This document shows, one piece after another, positions 1-12,315 of a stretch of 64,000 bases of DNA. The translations under genes and the position numbers were made by a program. The notes beneath the pieces were generated by a model. That model had not been told where the DNA came from. It saw nothing but the letters and a program-made list of their open reading frames with translations, and did not search any database. The DNA is from Octopus sinensis (lineage: Eukaryota), in contig NC_043006.1 of assembly GCF_006345805.1 (NCBI RefSeq), forward strand, positions 49,972,001-50,036,000. The letters are read 5' to 3'. Positions within the stretch are counted from its first letter, which is position 1. Every line of letters starts with the position of its first letter.

Positions 1-168
1 TAAGTCGATTATATCGATCCCACTGCGTAACTGGTACTTATTTAATCGACCCCGAAAGGATGAAAGGCAAAGTCTACCTCGGCGGAATTTGAACTCAGAA
101 CGTAACGGCAGACGAAATACGGCTACGCATTTCACCCGGCGTGCTAACGTTTCTGCCAGCTCACCGCC
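1..168 (-). mobile_element. tRNA-derived SINE family A, 5' part (runs off the window start)
   Basis: Reverse complement reads GGCGGTGAGCTGGCAGAAACGTTAGCACGCCGGG...GAGTTCAAATTCCGCCGAGG (A-box/B-box-like); same sequence at 14990, 23624 and 52074. Confidence 0.85.
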
Positions 169-185
169 TTCTTTTGTTAATAAAT

Positions 186-457
186 AATTATTTCTACTCT
201 AGGCACAAGGCCTTGAAAATTTGGGGAGAAGGGGGATAGTGGATTATATCGACCTCAGTGCGTAACTAGTACTTACTTAATCGACCCCTAAATGATGAAA
301 GAAAAAGTCGACCTCGGCGGAATTTGAACTCAGAACGTAGCGGCAGACGAAATACCTATTTCTTTACTACCCACAAGGGACTAAACACAGAGGGGACAAA
401 CAAGGACAGACAAAGGGATTCAGTCGATTACTGGTACTTAATTTATCGACCCCGAAA
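186..457 (-). mobile_element. SINE family A, 5'-truncated dimeric copy
   Basis: Matches the 3' two-thirds of the full copy at 52074-52470 (core, TTGTGGGTAGTAAAGAAATAGG, second core, CCTTGTGCCTAGAGTAGAAA). Confidence 0.8.
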
Positions 458-525
458 ACTTGATATATAAATTTATATATATATATATACATATATGTTA
501 TTAATATATATATATAATAATATAT

Positions 526-556
<31 letters not shown>

Positions 557-929
557 TCTTTTATTTATACTTGTTTAAGTCATTAACTGCGGTCATGCTG
601 AAGCAGCGCCTTTAGTCGAACAAACCGACCCCAGGACTTGTTCTTTGTAAGCCTAGTACTTATTCTATCAGTTTTTTGCCGAGCCGCTAAGTTACGGGGA
701 CGTAAACACACCAACATCGTTTGTCAAGTGATGGTGGGGGGAACAATCACAGACACACAAATATATATATACGACGGGTTTCTTTCAGTTTCCATCTACC
801 AAAATCCACTTACAAGACTTAGGTAGGCCTATAATAGAAGACACTTGCCCAAAATGCCACGCAGTGGGACTGCATCCGGAACCATGTGGTTGGGAAGCAA
901 GTTTCTGACCACACAGCCACTCCCGCGCC
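557..929 (-). mobile_element. tRNA-derived SINE family B (head, internal microsatellite, tail)
   Basis: Head GGCGCGGGAGTGGCTGTGTGG...GGTTCCGGATGCAGTCCCACTGCGTGGC and tail ...CCGCAGTTAATGACTTAAACAAG; homologous to copies at 28801, 29652, 50117 and 60430. Confidence 0.85.
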
Positions 930-1472
930 TATATATATATATATAATATTGTGTATATGTATGAAAATTATTATTCTATTATCAACATTAAATTATACAT
1001 TATGCCTTATATTGATGCTTTTGTTGCAAACCATATTAAATAAAATTGTTGAATCAACATGATTAATCTCTTAAGCTTATTTGCATTTTGAACAAAACGC
1101 AAATGTGAACAAAACTTTGTTTTCCATTTATAAACAACATTTTCCAAAGGAATTCTTTATAAATGTCAATTTCCTTTCTGTGTAATAATATAAATGGTCA
1201 TGCATACGTTTGTGTGTGTCGTTGTGCATGTGTATATATCTGTGTGTAAGTGTGTGCGTGTGTGTGCAAACCCTTGTTTCCTTGTGGGTTAACATACGTA
1301 TGTATGTATGTTTGTATGTATGTATGTTTGTATCTATCTATCTATCTATGTATATTTGTCATTACATCAATATCTATCTACTATCCAGCTATAATTCTCT
1401 AAACACACACACCTAAACACACACACAATACACACACACAACACACAATACAGACATATATAAAAGAAAGAA

Positions 1473-1516
<44 letters not shown>

Positions 1517-1583
1517 GCATATACATTTCTATATATATTTATATACACGCATACACGCATACATGTATACATGTATAAGTTTA

Positions 1584-1617
<34 letters not shown>

Positions 1618-2149
1618 TGTATACATGTATAAGTTTATGTATATATATATATATGTATGTATACACACACAAACACACACACACACACACATATATATAT
1701 GTATGCATATACATATACATGTATATATATTTTTATAAACACATACATTTATGCATGCATATGTGTGTATGTATGTATATGTGTGTGTGTGTGTGTGTTG
1801 TGTGTGCGTGTGTGTGTGGTGTGTGTGTGTGTGTGGTGTGCAAACACGCATACATATATGATCAATTTATAAGTGAACGGATATGATTTTAATATTGATG
1901 ATATATAATCTCTATACGTATTAACTTAAGACAGAAATGAACATGCACATAATCTATTATAACGTCAGCCATTTGCATTATCTTCTAGAATTTCTATTCA
2001 CAAACATCTATTGATATGTGTTTCTATGTTTCTTGACATTTAGGGTATGTATGGGTCTAAATGCATATACTACATATATAAAAACATCTATACACATACA
2101 TACATGCATGCATTCATACATATACGGAATACATCCCACATGTTCTTTG

Positions 2150-2690
2150 CAGCTGTCTCAAAATGTCATCAAGTTACTACCTCCTTGTCCGGCAAAACTT
2201 TATACAATATACAATGTCATTCAGAAAAAAGACTGTCCTGGAGTAAATATAGAGAATTCCACTGTCATGGAATACGTACACAAGCATCAACACAAGGAAT
2301 ACTGGTGTAACATTCCCATCAAGACATCTATCGGGTGTAAACATATAAGCCCGTATATTGTTGTTTAGGACAGACATGAAAAAGTATGTACCATCATAGA
2401 GGTCAGCTATCGTGCTGATGCGAATATCTCTTTGGAAATCAAAGAGAAAGAGGATAACTATGGACAACTGCTTCGAAACCTCCCGTTTCTATATTCAGAT
2501 TATAAATTCATATTCATACCAATAATAATTAGAGCACTGGGTTTTGTAAGTAAATGCCAGACTGTCTGTCTGGATAAGCTTGCATTTTCAGAAAAAGAAA
2601 CTAACTCGCACACTACAAATACAATACAAATACAATAAAAATATGCAAGACGTTTCTCAAGTTTAAAACGTGACATTATTTTCGTAATCT
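2150..2690 (+). mobile_element. R4/Dong-type non-LTR retrotransposon 3' fragment (restriction-like endonuclease domain, decayed)
   Basis: Translates as YWCNIPIKTSIGCKHISPYIVV*DRHEKVCTIIEVSYRADANISLEIKEKEDNYGQL...FIPIIIRALG, fitting the PD..(D/E)...EK..KY RLE layout; same architecture as 52600-53130. Confidence 0.75.
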
Positions 2691-2830
2691 ACATTCCAGC
2701 AATAGAACTTGGTATCATTGTTGGAAATGGCCGCTTACTCAGAGGTAGAATATTTAAGGCCTAGAATATTAATAATCAAAAACATCCATCCATCCGTCCG
2801 TCCGTCCATCCATCAATCCATCCATCCATC

Positions 2831-2897
<67 letters not shown>

Positions 2898-3584
2898 TGA
2901 GTTTGTGTACGTGTGTGCGTGCGCGCGTCTGTATTAAGAAGTCTGTTCTGCAGTAACATGGTTTCGGATCCGGTGCAACTGCCGGATCTTTTCAGGCTGG
3001 CTGCCAATTTTCGAAAATTTAAAGTTTACTAAAAATTTTTAAATTTAGTACATTAACGTAGTTTTCCAAACTGAATCCCTGAAAACATTTCACTTTTTCC
3101 AGAAAAGTCTTCAAAAATGTTATAAAGGTTTATAGTTTGATAATTTTCACCCGGTCAGATAACAGGATTTGGAAGCAGTCATTTTGTGCTTGGCAGCACG
3201 TGTTTGTCAATTGTAAACAACTGAAATATTGGCGGGATTCTGTTTTACGCACGCCATATAACCACTCGAAACTTTTTATTTTTTGGAATTTTTAGAAAAT
3301 GTTTGCGAATTTATATTCTACACACGGCAACTCATCCAACTATACAAAAACTAAAATAAAAAATTGGGGGGGGCGTGATTTAAGGCCTATTTAGCTGTTA
3401 TTGTTTTGCACATCCACCACTACCTCAATGAATGGAATATATTTGTCAACACGTGCTTTCTCATAGACAAAAGAGTTCTCATGCTTGGCTTGTTACTATG
3501 GAAACAAGCACGAATGTGCCTGGGTTTACGATTGGCTAAAGTTATCTAAATTTCGCAAAATTTAAAAGCTATTAACGCTTTATT

Positions 3585-3730
3585 TATTGGTTTGAATCCA
3601 AAGCTACTGCAGTGCATTGTCCACACTCTAGATGGGATAGCTGGGACTTTTGGGACAGTGCAATGACGTCCAGTTCGGGGTCTGATATAGCTATCGATTC
3701 CAAAGTTTGGTACCAGCCACCCCAGGATCT
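3585..3730 (-). mobile_element. CR1-clade LINE 3' fragment
   Basis: Peptide VPNFGIDSYIRPRTGRHCTVPKVPAIPSRVWTMHCSSFGFK is homologous to 5278-5400 (PTFGINSYINSRMGPHCIVPKIPSLPSGYRTRYCNSLGFK). Confidence 0.7.
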
Positions 3731-3855
3731 TCCATACATACATACATACATACATACACGCATGCATGTATATATATATAATATATATATATAATAAAAA
3801 TATTATTGGTGAATTGAAGAAATGGAGCTGAACGCAGATTGAACAGAAATCGTTT

Positions 3856-3949
3856 TATTTCATTCTACACGTGTTTCGAAAGGCACAATTTACCAAAATC
3901 CGATTGAATAATGGGACCATATTGTGTCTTTCTCTTCAGGAAGAAAATA
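3856..3949 (-). ncRNA. Type I hammerhead ribozyme (Penelope-like), left arm
   Basis: Stem I UAUUUUCUUC/GAAUGAAAUA, core CUGAAGA, 12-bp stem II closed by G-C, GAAAC-ACGU-GUA with palindromic ACACGUGU stem III; predicted cleavage after GUA. Confidence 0.8.
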
Positions 3950-4241
3950 GGAAATCCGTTGGAAAAAACAAAAACAGAACAGAGGCGGAGCAAAAACAAA
4001 TCGAACTAGGCTCCTAAGAGCCCATGCGAAACTGTTTATCAGTGTATGTTGAGAACCGGTGGCTGAAGAATTTAACGGGTCAGGCATCGGTCAATCATGT
4101 CGATGCCTGACCCGTTAAATTCTTCAGCCACCGGTTCTCAACATACACTGATAAACAGTTTCGCCATGGGCTCTTAGGAGCCTAGTTCGATTTGTTTTTG
4201 CTCCGCCTCTGTTCTGTTTTTGTTTTTTCCAACGGATTTCC

Positions 4242-4334
4242 TATTTTCTTCCTGAAGAGAAGACACAATATGGTCCCATTATTCAATCGGATTTTGGTAA
4301 ATTGTGCCTTTCGAAACACGTGTAGAATGAAATA
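4242..4334 (+). ncRNA. Type I hammerhead ribozyme (Penelope-like), right arm
   Basis: Stem I 4242-4251/4325-4334, CTGAAGA 4252-4258, stem II GAAGACACAAT/ATTGTGCCTTTC, GAAAC 4313-4317, predicted cleavage after GTA at 4324. Confidence 0.8.
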
Positions 4335-4537
4335 AAACGATTTCTGTTCAATCTGCGTTCAGCTCCATTTCTTCAATTCACCAATAATTTTAATTTCAAT
4401 TATCCGCACCAACGCACGGTTGCAACACCATATGGTTGTACCTCCAACCGTGCTGTTTACTGCTGTGATTTTTGCTACTAAGGTATCGTTAAACTTTTGA
4501 TTAATCTACTACAAGATTATTCATCTTTCTATTTCAC

Positions 4538-4583
<46 letters not shown>

Positions 4584-4724
4584 ATATATATATATTATAA
4601 TGTAATAATTACTGTGACGCATTGTGTAGAATATATTGTATAAAAGATCGAATTAAATGCAAGGTAAATCACAAGAAAACAAATATGTGGATTAATGTAG
4701 ACTTACCTTGTATTCAATATTTCA

Positions 4725-5650
4725 GGGTTATACAGGACCCAGGAGACGTTGTGCATCTACAACATGAGTTGGACGCAATATACAGGTGGACTGAGGAAAA
4801 TAACAACTAGTTTAAGGCTGGAAAATTCCAAGCCCAGCACTACCAACATAGGAAACTCGATGAAAAGCAGATAGAATACACTGGTCCAGGAGGAATTCCA
4901 ATTCCTGAACCAAAAGCAGTGCATGACCTGGGCCTTGACATGAATAATGATCCATCTTTCCAGGTGCACATTACCAAATTGGCAATAAAATGCAGACGCT
5001 TGGCCAGATGGATTCTTCGGTCTTTCAAAACAAGAGAAAAGGAAACCGTAATGGTCCTCTGGAGGACTTTCGTTCTCAGCCGTCTGGATTACTGCTCCCA
5101 ACTGTGGTCACCAAACAGTGTAAAATTAACGACGGAACTCGAGGCGATCCAGCGAAGCTACACGAAGATTAACACACTGCGGCATATCATCTACTGGGAT
5201 AGACTGAAAGAGTTAAGACTCAACTCCCTGCATCGAAGGCGGGGAAGATATGCAGTAATATATATCTAGAAAAATTTGTGCCAACCTTTGGCATTAACAG
5301 TTACATAAACAGCAGAATGGGGCCCCACTGCATAGTACCAAAAATCCCATCATTGCCATCAGGATACAGAACCAGATACTGCAACAGCTTGGGCTTCAAA
5401 GACCCACAGCTGTTCAATATCCTTCCACAAAGCCTGAGAGACCTGCATGGCGTGGATGTAGGCGCTCTTGAAACAAAACTGTATCTCCTCTTGTCCAAAG
5501 TTTCGGACGAACCTACTTCAAAGCAAGAAGCACAGATGTGGACACTAACGTCAAACTCCCTCATCAAAGGAGATTTAGCGAAAGTGTAGCAAAGTAAATT
5601 GCGGCGCCCCAGCATGGCCACAATCCTTGGGCTGAAACTTATTTAACAAA
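4725..5650 (+). mobile_element. CR1-clade LINE, 5'-truncated, RT C-terminal region and 3' end (decayed)
   Basis: LQHELDAIYRW, DLGLDM, LSRLDYCSQLWSP, ELEAIQRSYTK, RLKELRLNSLHRRR are CR1/L2-type post-RT motifs; stops and frameshifts present; ends in a hairpin-like tail at 5601-5638. Confidence 0.85.
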
Positions 5651-5686
5651 AAATACACACACACACACGCAAACACACATACATAC

Positions 5687-5689
<3 letters not shown>

Positions 5690-5769
<80 letters not shown>

Positions 5770-5820
5770 ATGTATGTATATATGTATGTATGGATGTATG
5801 TATGTATGTATGTATGTATG

Positions 5821-5913
<93 letters not shown>

Positions 5914-5937
5914 ATATACATATATATATATATAATA

Positions 5938-5987
<50 letters not shown>

Positions 5988-6030
5988 GCATGCATGCATG
6001 TGCACATGTGTGTATGTATGTGAGTGTGTC
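5690..6030. repeat. Compound (TA)n/(TATG)n microsatellite
   Basis: Directly visible; one of many similar arrays (e.g. 1470-1850, 7975-8115, 9760-10080, 10930-11250). Confidence 0.95.
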
Positions 6031-6687
6031 TGAATTAGGCTGAAATGTATTAAACATTATTTTAACATCCATTAATTTAGCATCTTATTCTCAGATAATT
6101 TCATACTTCAATTAGCCCACTCCATCGGCCCTACGAAATAGTAGGTTTAACGTATGTATGACAGTGAAATATCACACGTCGATTCGATATTTATATCGAG
6201 AATTCATAGCAGGAATAGGAATGAATATAAATTAGCGGCTTATATTTTAATATAAAGGACATTACACATTATAAATGATTATAAGTGTCTGATATCATTC
6301 ATGTATAAATTCATCTTTATATACATACATACATACATACATACATACATACATACATACATACATACATCCGTACATACATACATACATACATAAATAC
6401 ATACACACACATATAAACACGCGCGCGCGCACACATCCATATACCTCTACGTGCATGTACACATACACATATATTTAGGTTTGAAATATCAAACACACTC
6501 ACATACAAGGTAAAGAAGAAATAAGAATGAGAAATAAATGCGCAATTCTTTTTGTATTGTAAATGAGTTAAAATATTCCTAAATACCATTATTACAATCA
6601 AAATATTTCAAAATGCATTATTTCAAATTCAAAAAATAATACCATACAGCGTTTTCACTGCTCACGGAAGACATTCCATGTAATTTA

Positions 6688-7234
6688 TTGGGTTGTCCGG
6701 AAAGTTCGTGCCGATTTTTAAAGGTAAGAAAAAGGTCAATAAATACTTGCCATTACATTTTTAATCAACCAAATATGAACCATTTTCTTGCACAATGCAT
6801 CTCCATCTTCCCTTTAACTAGAAAATACCCTCTTCCCAGAATTGAGGTGGTTTCTTGGCAAAGAATTCCTCAAGGCATCCAAGGAATTGAAATTTTTATC
6901 ATTAAGACTATTCTGTAGAGACCTGAATAAGTGGAAATCCGAAGGAGCTGGTGAATATGGAGGATGGGGTAACACATCCCAGCCGAGCTGCAGCAATTTT
7001 TGTCTGGTTCCCAAAGCATCAAGTACCGAAAATGAACTTTCTTATCTTCCATTTTAAAGGGTTACAGAATTAACACAGGTTATAGGAACATAAACCTTTT
7101 TCCACGAAAAGATAGCTTAAACTGTGCTCTAAATGGAGGTGTAGTCAAATCCTATTTTATGGACTCAACCATGTTTTAAAATAAGTCGAATGGCAAGCTA
7201 CTATAAATCGGCACGAACTTTCCGGACAACCCAA
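6688..7234 (-). mobile_element. Mariner internal-deletion derivative (547 bp) with intact TIRs and TA target duplication
   Basis: TIRs TTGGGTTGTCCGGAAAGTTCGTGCCGATTT at 6688 and its reverse complement ending at 7234, TA on both sides; retains the transposase C-terminus LGWDVLPHPPYSP-APSDFHLFRSLQN. Confidence 0.92.
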
Positions 7235-8044
7235 TACTTGAGTAATGTGTGACAATTAAGATATACTATAGGGTATCGATGCAAGCATCCGCATAAAAAG
7301 CTTACTGGGTAAGGAGTGTGGCAAGTCTGTGTATGTTATAACTCCACATATTTTTCATATATTTTTTGGTTACATTACTGAAGCATATAGACAGATACAT
7401 CAGACGACAAATTACCTTCCATATGCAGTAAATACAGACACCTTAGTAGTTGCATTCGATGTAGTTAACTTATGTATATGCAGCATACATTTGGAATAAA
7501 AGCTTTACATTTTTTGGTTTAACAAATGTACTCATGACTTACCAAATTGCACAGGAAATCTATATAACAGTGAAGGGCTTTAAATTATTCTACAAAGCAA
7601 TCCTTGAGAAATTTTTATGAAACAATAGATAAGCAAAAATTTAGAATAGCAATGGAAATTAAGGTAGCCTCAACGTATGCAAATTTAGTAATGAATATAT
7701 TGAGGCAAAATATATGAAAAATATGCGCAAAAATGTAGAAATAATTTTTGCGATTATATGAAAGAAAATTGGTAAAAAATTGCATTGCATACGGTTCTTT
7801 TCTTTATTGAAGAAAGCTTTGGATAGATATTCCCAATTTAAAATTTTGGAATTTCAGACACCGCTGATTTTGAAGGACAAAAGTATTACTGTAAAACCAT
7901 TGGCCTGCATGCATACACACAACTGCACGTGCATTATATGATTATTCACAAACACATTCTCAACATACACACACACATACATATATACATACATACATAC
8001 ATACATACATACATACATACATGCATACATACATACATACATAC

Positions 8045-8104
<60 letters not shown>

Positions 8105-8116
8105 ATATATATATAT

Positions 8117-8825
8117 ACTAGCATTAAAGACCCGTCGTTGTCGGTCATAGTGCTAGTGCATGTATATATGTGTACATATTACATGTACATCTATATATAT
8201 ACATCTACACATAAAATGCAAAATACAAAGTTATATCTTGATATCGCTAGTGATAATACTCAAAATATATAACAGACTGGAATTGTTAGCTCTTCTTTTT
8301 TCTCTACATTGTATACTTTATAGACAATAGTCTTTTCTTTAACTTAATTTTTTATTATCCATCTGGACTATTCCATTTCTGCACGCTAATTTTATTTTAA
8401 TTTATTCCCATTCATGTGAAACACTTATTCAAGTTCAAATCATTGATGCAATTTATACCATTGCTATTTTTACTTTTGTTGTTTGTACGTTACGATTATT
8501 ATACTTTAGTTTGATTTTAATTATTACTTACTACATATAATTCAATTGTTATTATTATTTTATTTGTTAAAGTGAAAGCATCTGACATAAAATAGAGAAA
8601 TATTTTGTTTCACTTTTAACACGTAATACTGAAATAGTGGAGAAGATATGATATTGCTATGGGCTCGCTCTAGGCAAAAGTTGAACATTTTTTTTTGCCG
8701 ATGACACTCCCCCCGACCCTAAGTAGGCATGTGTAAAATTTGAATGAAATTGGTTGTGTTTTCTCAAATTTTAGGGAAACACACAGACAGACACACATTC
8801 TATTCAGTTTTATATATATAAAGAT
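8117..8825 (+). mobile_element. Probable non-autonomous Helitron/Helentron-like element
   Basis: Starts ACTAGC...CCCGTCGTTG and ends ACAGACAGACACAC...TTTTATATATATAAAGAT, the same terminal architecture as 44778-45174. Confidence 0.45.
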
Positions 8826-8858
8826 ATATATCTGTATATGTGTATAATATATATATAG

Positions 8859-8937
<79 letters not shown>

Positions 8938-8941
8938 CATA

Positions 8942-9084
8942 ATACGACGGGCTTCTTTCAGTTTCCGTCTACCAAATCCACTCACAAGGCTTTGGTCGGC
9001 CCGAGGTGCCACGCAGTGGGACTGAGCCCGAAACCATGTAGCTCATAAGCAAGATATTTACCTCACAGTCACTCCTACGCCTAT
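8942..9084 (-). mobile_element. SINE family B head, partial
   Basis: ACGACGGGCTTCTTTCAGTTTCCGTCTACCAAATCCACTCACAAGGC...CAGTCACTCCTACGCC with an internal deletion. Confidence 0.8.
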
Positions 9085-11098
9085 GCTGTATTTTTTTCTT
9101 TTTTAGAAAGCAATTATTTGAAAGAGTTAATTTTTGTCTTATCGTATTTTGCATTTCATATTTTTCCTATTTATTTTTTGTTTGTTTTTTTTCTGATTTC
9201 ATTGTATTTATCTACGGCTTCTTTCTACGAATTTGTATTGATCTACGGCTATAGCTTTCTTAAAGCAAACCATATTTGGTAACCAGCCGAACTCAACTCT
9301 TGTCTGAGAAATGTATATTGCTTACCATCTGTAGTAGAGTTGATGTTTTGAACTACCATGGAGCTATCTGAAGATTGGTCAGTTTGTTAAGTATCAAACA
9401 TGTGTGTGTGTTGTGTGTGTGTATGTGTGTGTGTGTGCATGCGCGTGTACAAATATGTTTATATTATAATTTAAATCCGGACGAATATTGTTGTAATATC
9501 TATTTACATAACTAAAATGATTATGAAACAGCTGTAAACCAATGAACAAACATCTATTCTCTCTCTCACTTCTTTCATTTGCTCAGTTCCTATACATACT
9601 CTCCACCATTGCAATTAATGGATTTTTCAGAACGAGGCTAAGGTTTATTCTAACCTTAACCATTTGCTGGAAAGCATATTGCGTGCTCTATTTCCGTCTT
9701 TGAATCCATATTCTTACCATTTACTTATCTGTCTATCTTCTCCCCTCCGTACCTACCTACTTACCTGCGTGTGTACCTATATACATACAGACATATATAT
9801 ACACACACACCACATACATACATATGTATGTATATAAATGTGTGTGTATGCATGTATATACGTATATATATATAATAAATATATATATATATTTGCATGC
9901 GTACATATATATGCATGCATACATACGTACGCATACATACATAATATATGCATATAAATAGGTATATACATATATATACATAGGTATGTACATATATATA
10001 CAAATAAATATATTCATATACACAAATATATGCATATATATGTGTGTGTGCATACATACATATATATATATATATATATTTCAACAATTGAGGGTGAAAT
10101 TAATTAATTAATCAATTCCACCAAGTATTCAGTATGCAAAGGGACCATTTAGGCGAATTCAAATTATTACATTCTATAAAAGGGCTTAGTAAAATAAATT
10201 ACTTGCCGCATACTGAACTCACTAATGAGTTCAGTATGCGGCAAAGTAATTTATTTTACTAAGCCCTTTTATATAATGTAATAATTTGAATTATATATAT
10301 ATATATATATTATAATATATATATATATATAGATATATATATATATAACATATCACACACAGAGACACATACACACACAACACATGTGATATACAAAAAG
10401 TTATATTTTGTTTATTATAATCTGAAGAAATAACGGCTTCATTAATTGTCGCCATTTTCTTGAAATTTCAAGCGTAAAATTAATATTTTTCCTCTTCCAC
10501 GTGCTTGATGTTTTAATCAAGTACAGTGTATAGAGACACGTTCTTCCTCTTCCAGCACCCATTTCTCTACTATTTAAGCACTTTTTCCTTCTCTCGATCT
10601 CTTAAGCACACACACATACACATACACATACACATACAGACACACACACACAGTACTATCATGCCCACTACTCACACTCACTCACAAACCATCATATACA
10701 TGGCCACATTCAATCATACACATACACATACCGATTCTCAGTTACAGTCAAATACAAGTGTATCGTGAATCATACACATTCATTTTCAGTTTGACTTCCT
10801 CGTTCTTCTCCTTCTGCTATGTTTTTCTAAACATATTAATATTTAGTTTTATTAATCTAGTGGCAAGCTTTTAATTTTAACAAAACACTTTTCCATTGTT
10901 CTGCAACATTCAATTCTCTCTACTCAACTATGCATACGTTTATACATACATGTACATGTATGTGGTGTGTGTGTGTGTGTGCGTGTGTGTGTGTGTGCGT
11001 GTGGTGTGTGTGTAAGTTTAAGCACGTATGCACACACGCTCACATACACACACACATATATAGATAGATAGACAGATAGATAGATATAAATATAGATA

Positions 11099-11144
<46 letters not shown>

Positions 11145-11158
11145 GTATATATATATGC

Positions 11159-11251
<93 letters not shown>

Positions 11252-11318
11252 GAATTTTTTGCGTAATGAGATAAAAAAAACAAGGCTGAACAGATATTAG
11301 AGCATTTATAGATAGAAG

Positions 11319-11373
11319 GTCTTACAGCTGTTTCTAGAATATTAATTAATAGTAATATCCCTTCATCGAAGAC
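11319..11373 (-). ncRNA. Decayed hammerhead ribozyme relic
   Basis: GUCU-UCGAUGA-A-GGGAUAUU..AAUAUUCU-A-GAAAC-AGCU-GUA-AGAC: all three stems present but the core reads UCGAUGA instead of CUGAUGA. Confidence 0.5.
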
Positions 11374-11409
11374 GGTGTGAGAGGAAAAGTTAACTCATAG
11401 TTAGTTTCG

Positions 11410-11459
<50 letters not shown>

Positions 11460-12092
11460 GTGCATGCGTGTGTGCGTGCGTGCGTGTGTATGTATGTGGT
11501 GTGTGTGTGTGTGTGTGTGTGTACATATATGCATCAGCCCAAATTGCGAGAATGATCCGGTTCTTGACTGAGGATAGGAAGCTTCGACTGACCAGTCCTT
11601 GTTTTTTTGTAACGTCTATCTGGATGTTTTGTTGTCCCATTTTTGTATCACCTAGTTGTCCGGATGTTTTGCGTTCTCGTCCCATTTTGTATTATATATA
11701 TATATATATATACATATGCGACTAGGGTTTTAGGAAACACCTACATTGCTAGAAATGAAAGCTAAACCGCTTTAATGCTGTAGTTAACATACAGGAATGA
11801 AAACATGCACTAACAGGGACCATAATCGTCTGAAAAGTGCCGACCAAATCGCTAAATCATCCAATTCTTTAGATGACGAAAATATAAATACTAATGGGAA
11901 GCGCGTCCGAAAGAGCCGAAGTTAAGCTGCCTTAACAAATGAAGCAACGGGAATTGCCGAAACTAACGCGTCAGTATAAAGAATACTCGATCGGCACTTT
12001 TCGGACGATTATGGTGAAACATTGCAAACTGCTATATATATAATATATATATTATATATATATATAATATATATATATATGTGTGTGGTGTG

Positions 12093-12123
<31 letters not shown>

Positions 12124-12315
12124 GTATTAAGAATAGCAGCGTGGAAGGTGTTTAAAAGCCATTTGAGAAACACACAAAAACCGTCCATTTCGCGTCGACA
12201 TTGAAATTTAATTTGCCAAAATATATTCGTCGTTTTCAGAACGCAACCTATTCACTAAGAAAGTTCCGTGCTGCAAGGAATTTTGTCAGTGAACAGGTCG
12301 CGGTCTCAAAGCGAC

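Larger units (their letters stand above)
3802..4388. repeat. 587-bp palindrome: two inverted ~288-bp arms with an 11-nt spacer (Penelope-like terminal repeats)
   Basis: 3802-4089 is the reverse complement of 4101-4388; by eye I found only 3 single-base indels in homopolymer runs and no substitutions; spacer GTCAATCATGT. Confidence 0.95.

Noticed and set aside
2940-3420. DNA-transposon-like segment
   Set aside because: It looks repeat-derived, but I could not identify paired TIRs or a target duplication.
4012-4035. CTAAGA-GCCCAT(G)GC-GAAAC as an extra hammerhead in the palindrome arms
   Set aside because: The core lacks the invariant G of CUGA and no stem I/III pairing is evident.
7272-7308. 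Candidate 37-nt plus-strand exon (TAG...GG/GTAAGG)
   Set aside because: No polypyrimidine tract, no recognisable peptide and no partner exons.
9478-9540. CGGACGA...GAAACAGCTGTA as a hammerhead
   Set aside because: The core is mutated and stems I and II do not pair convincingly; at most a remote relic.
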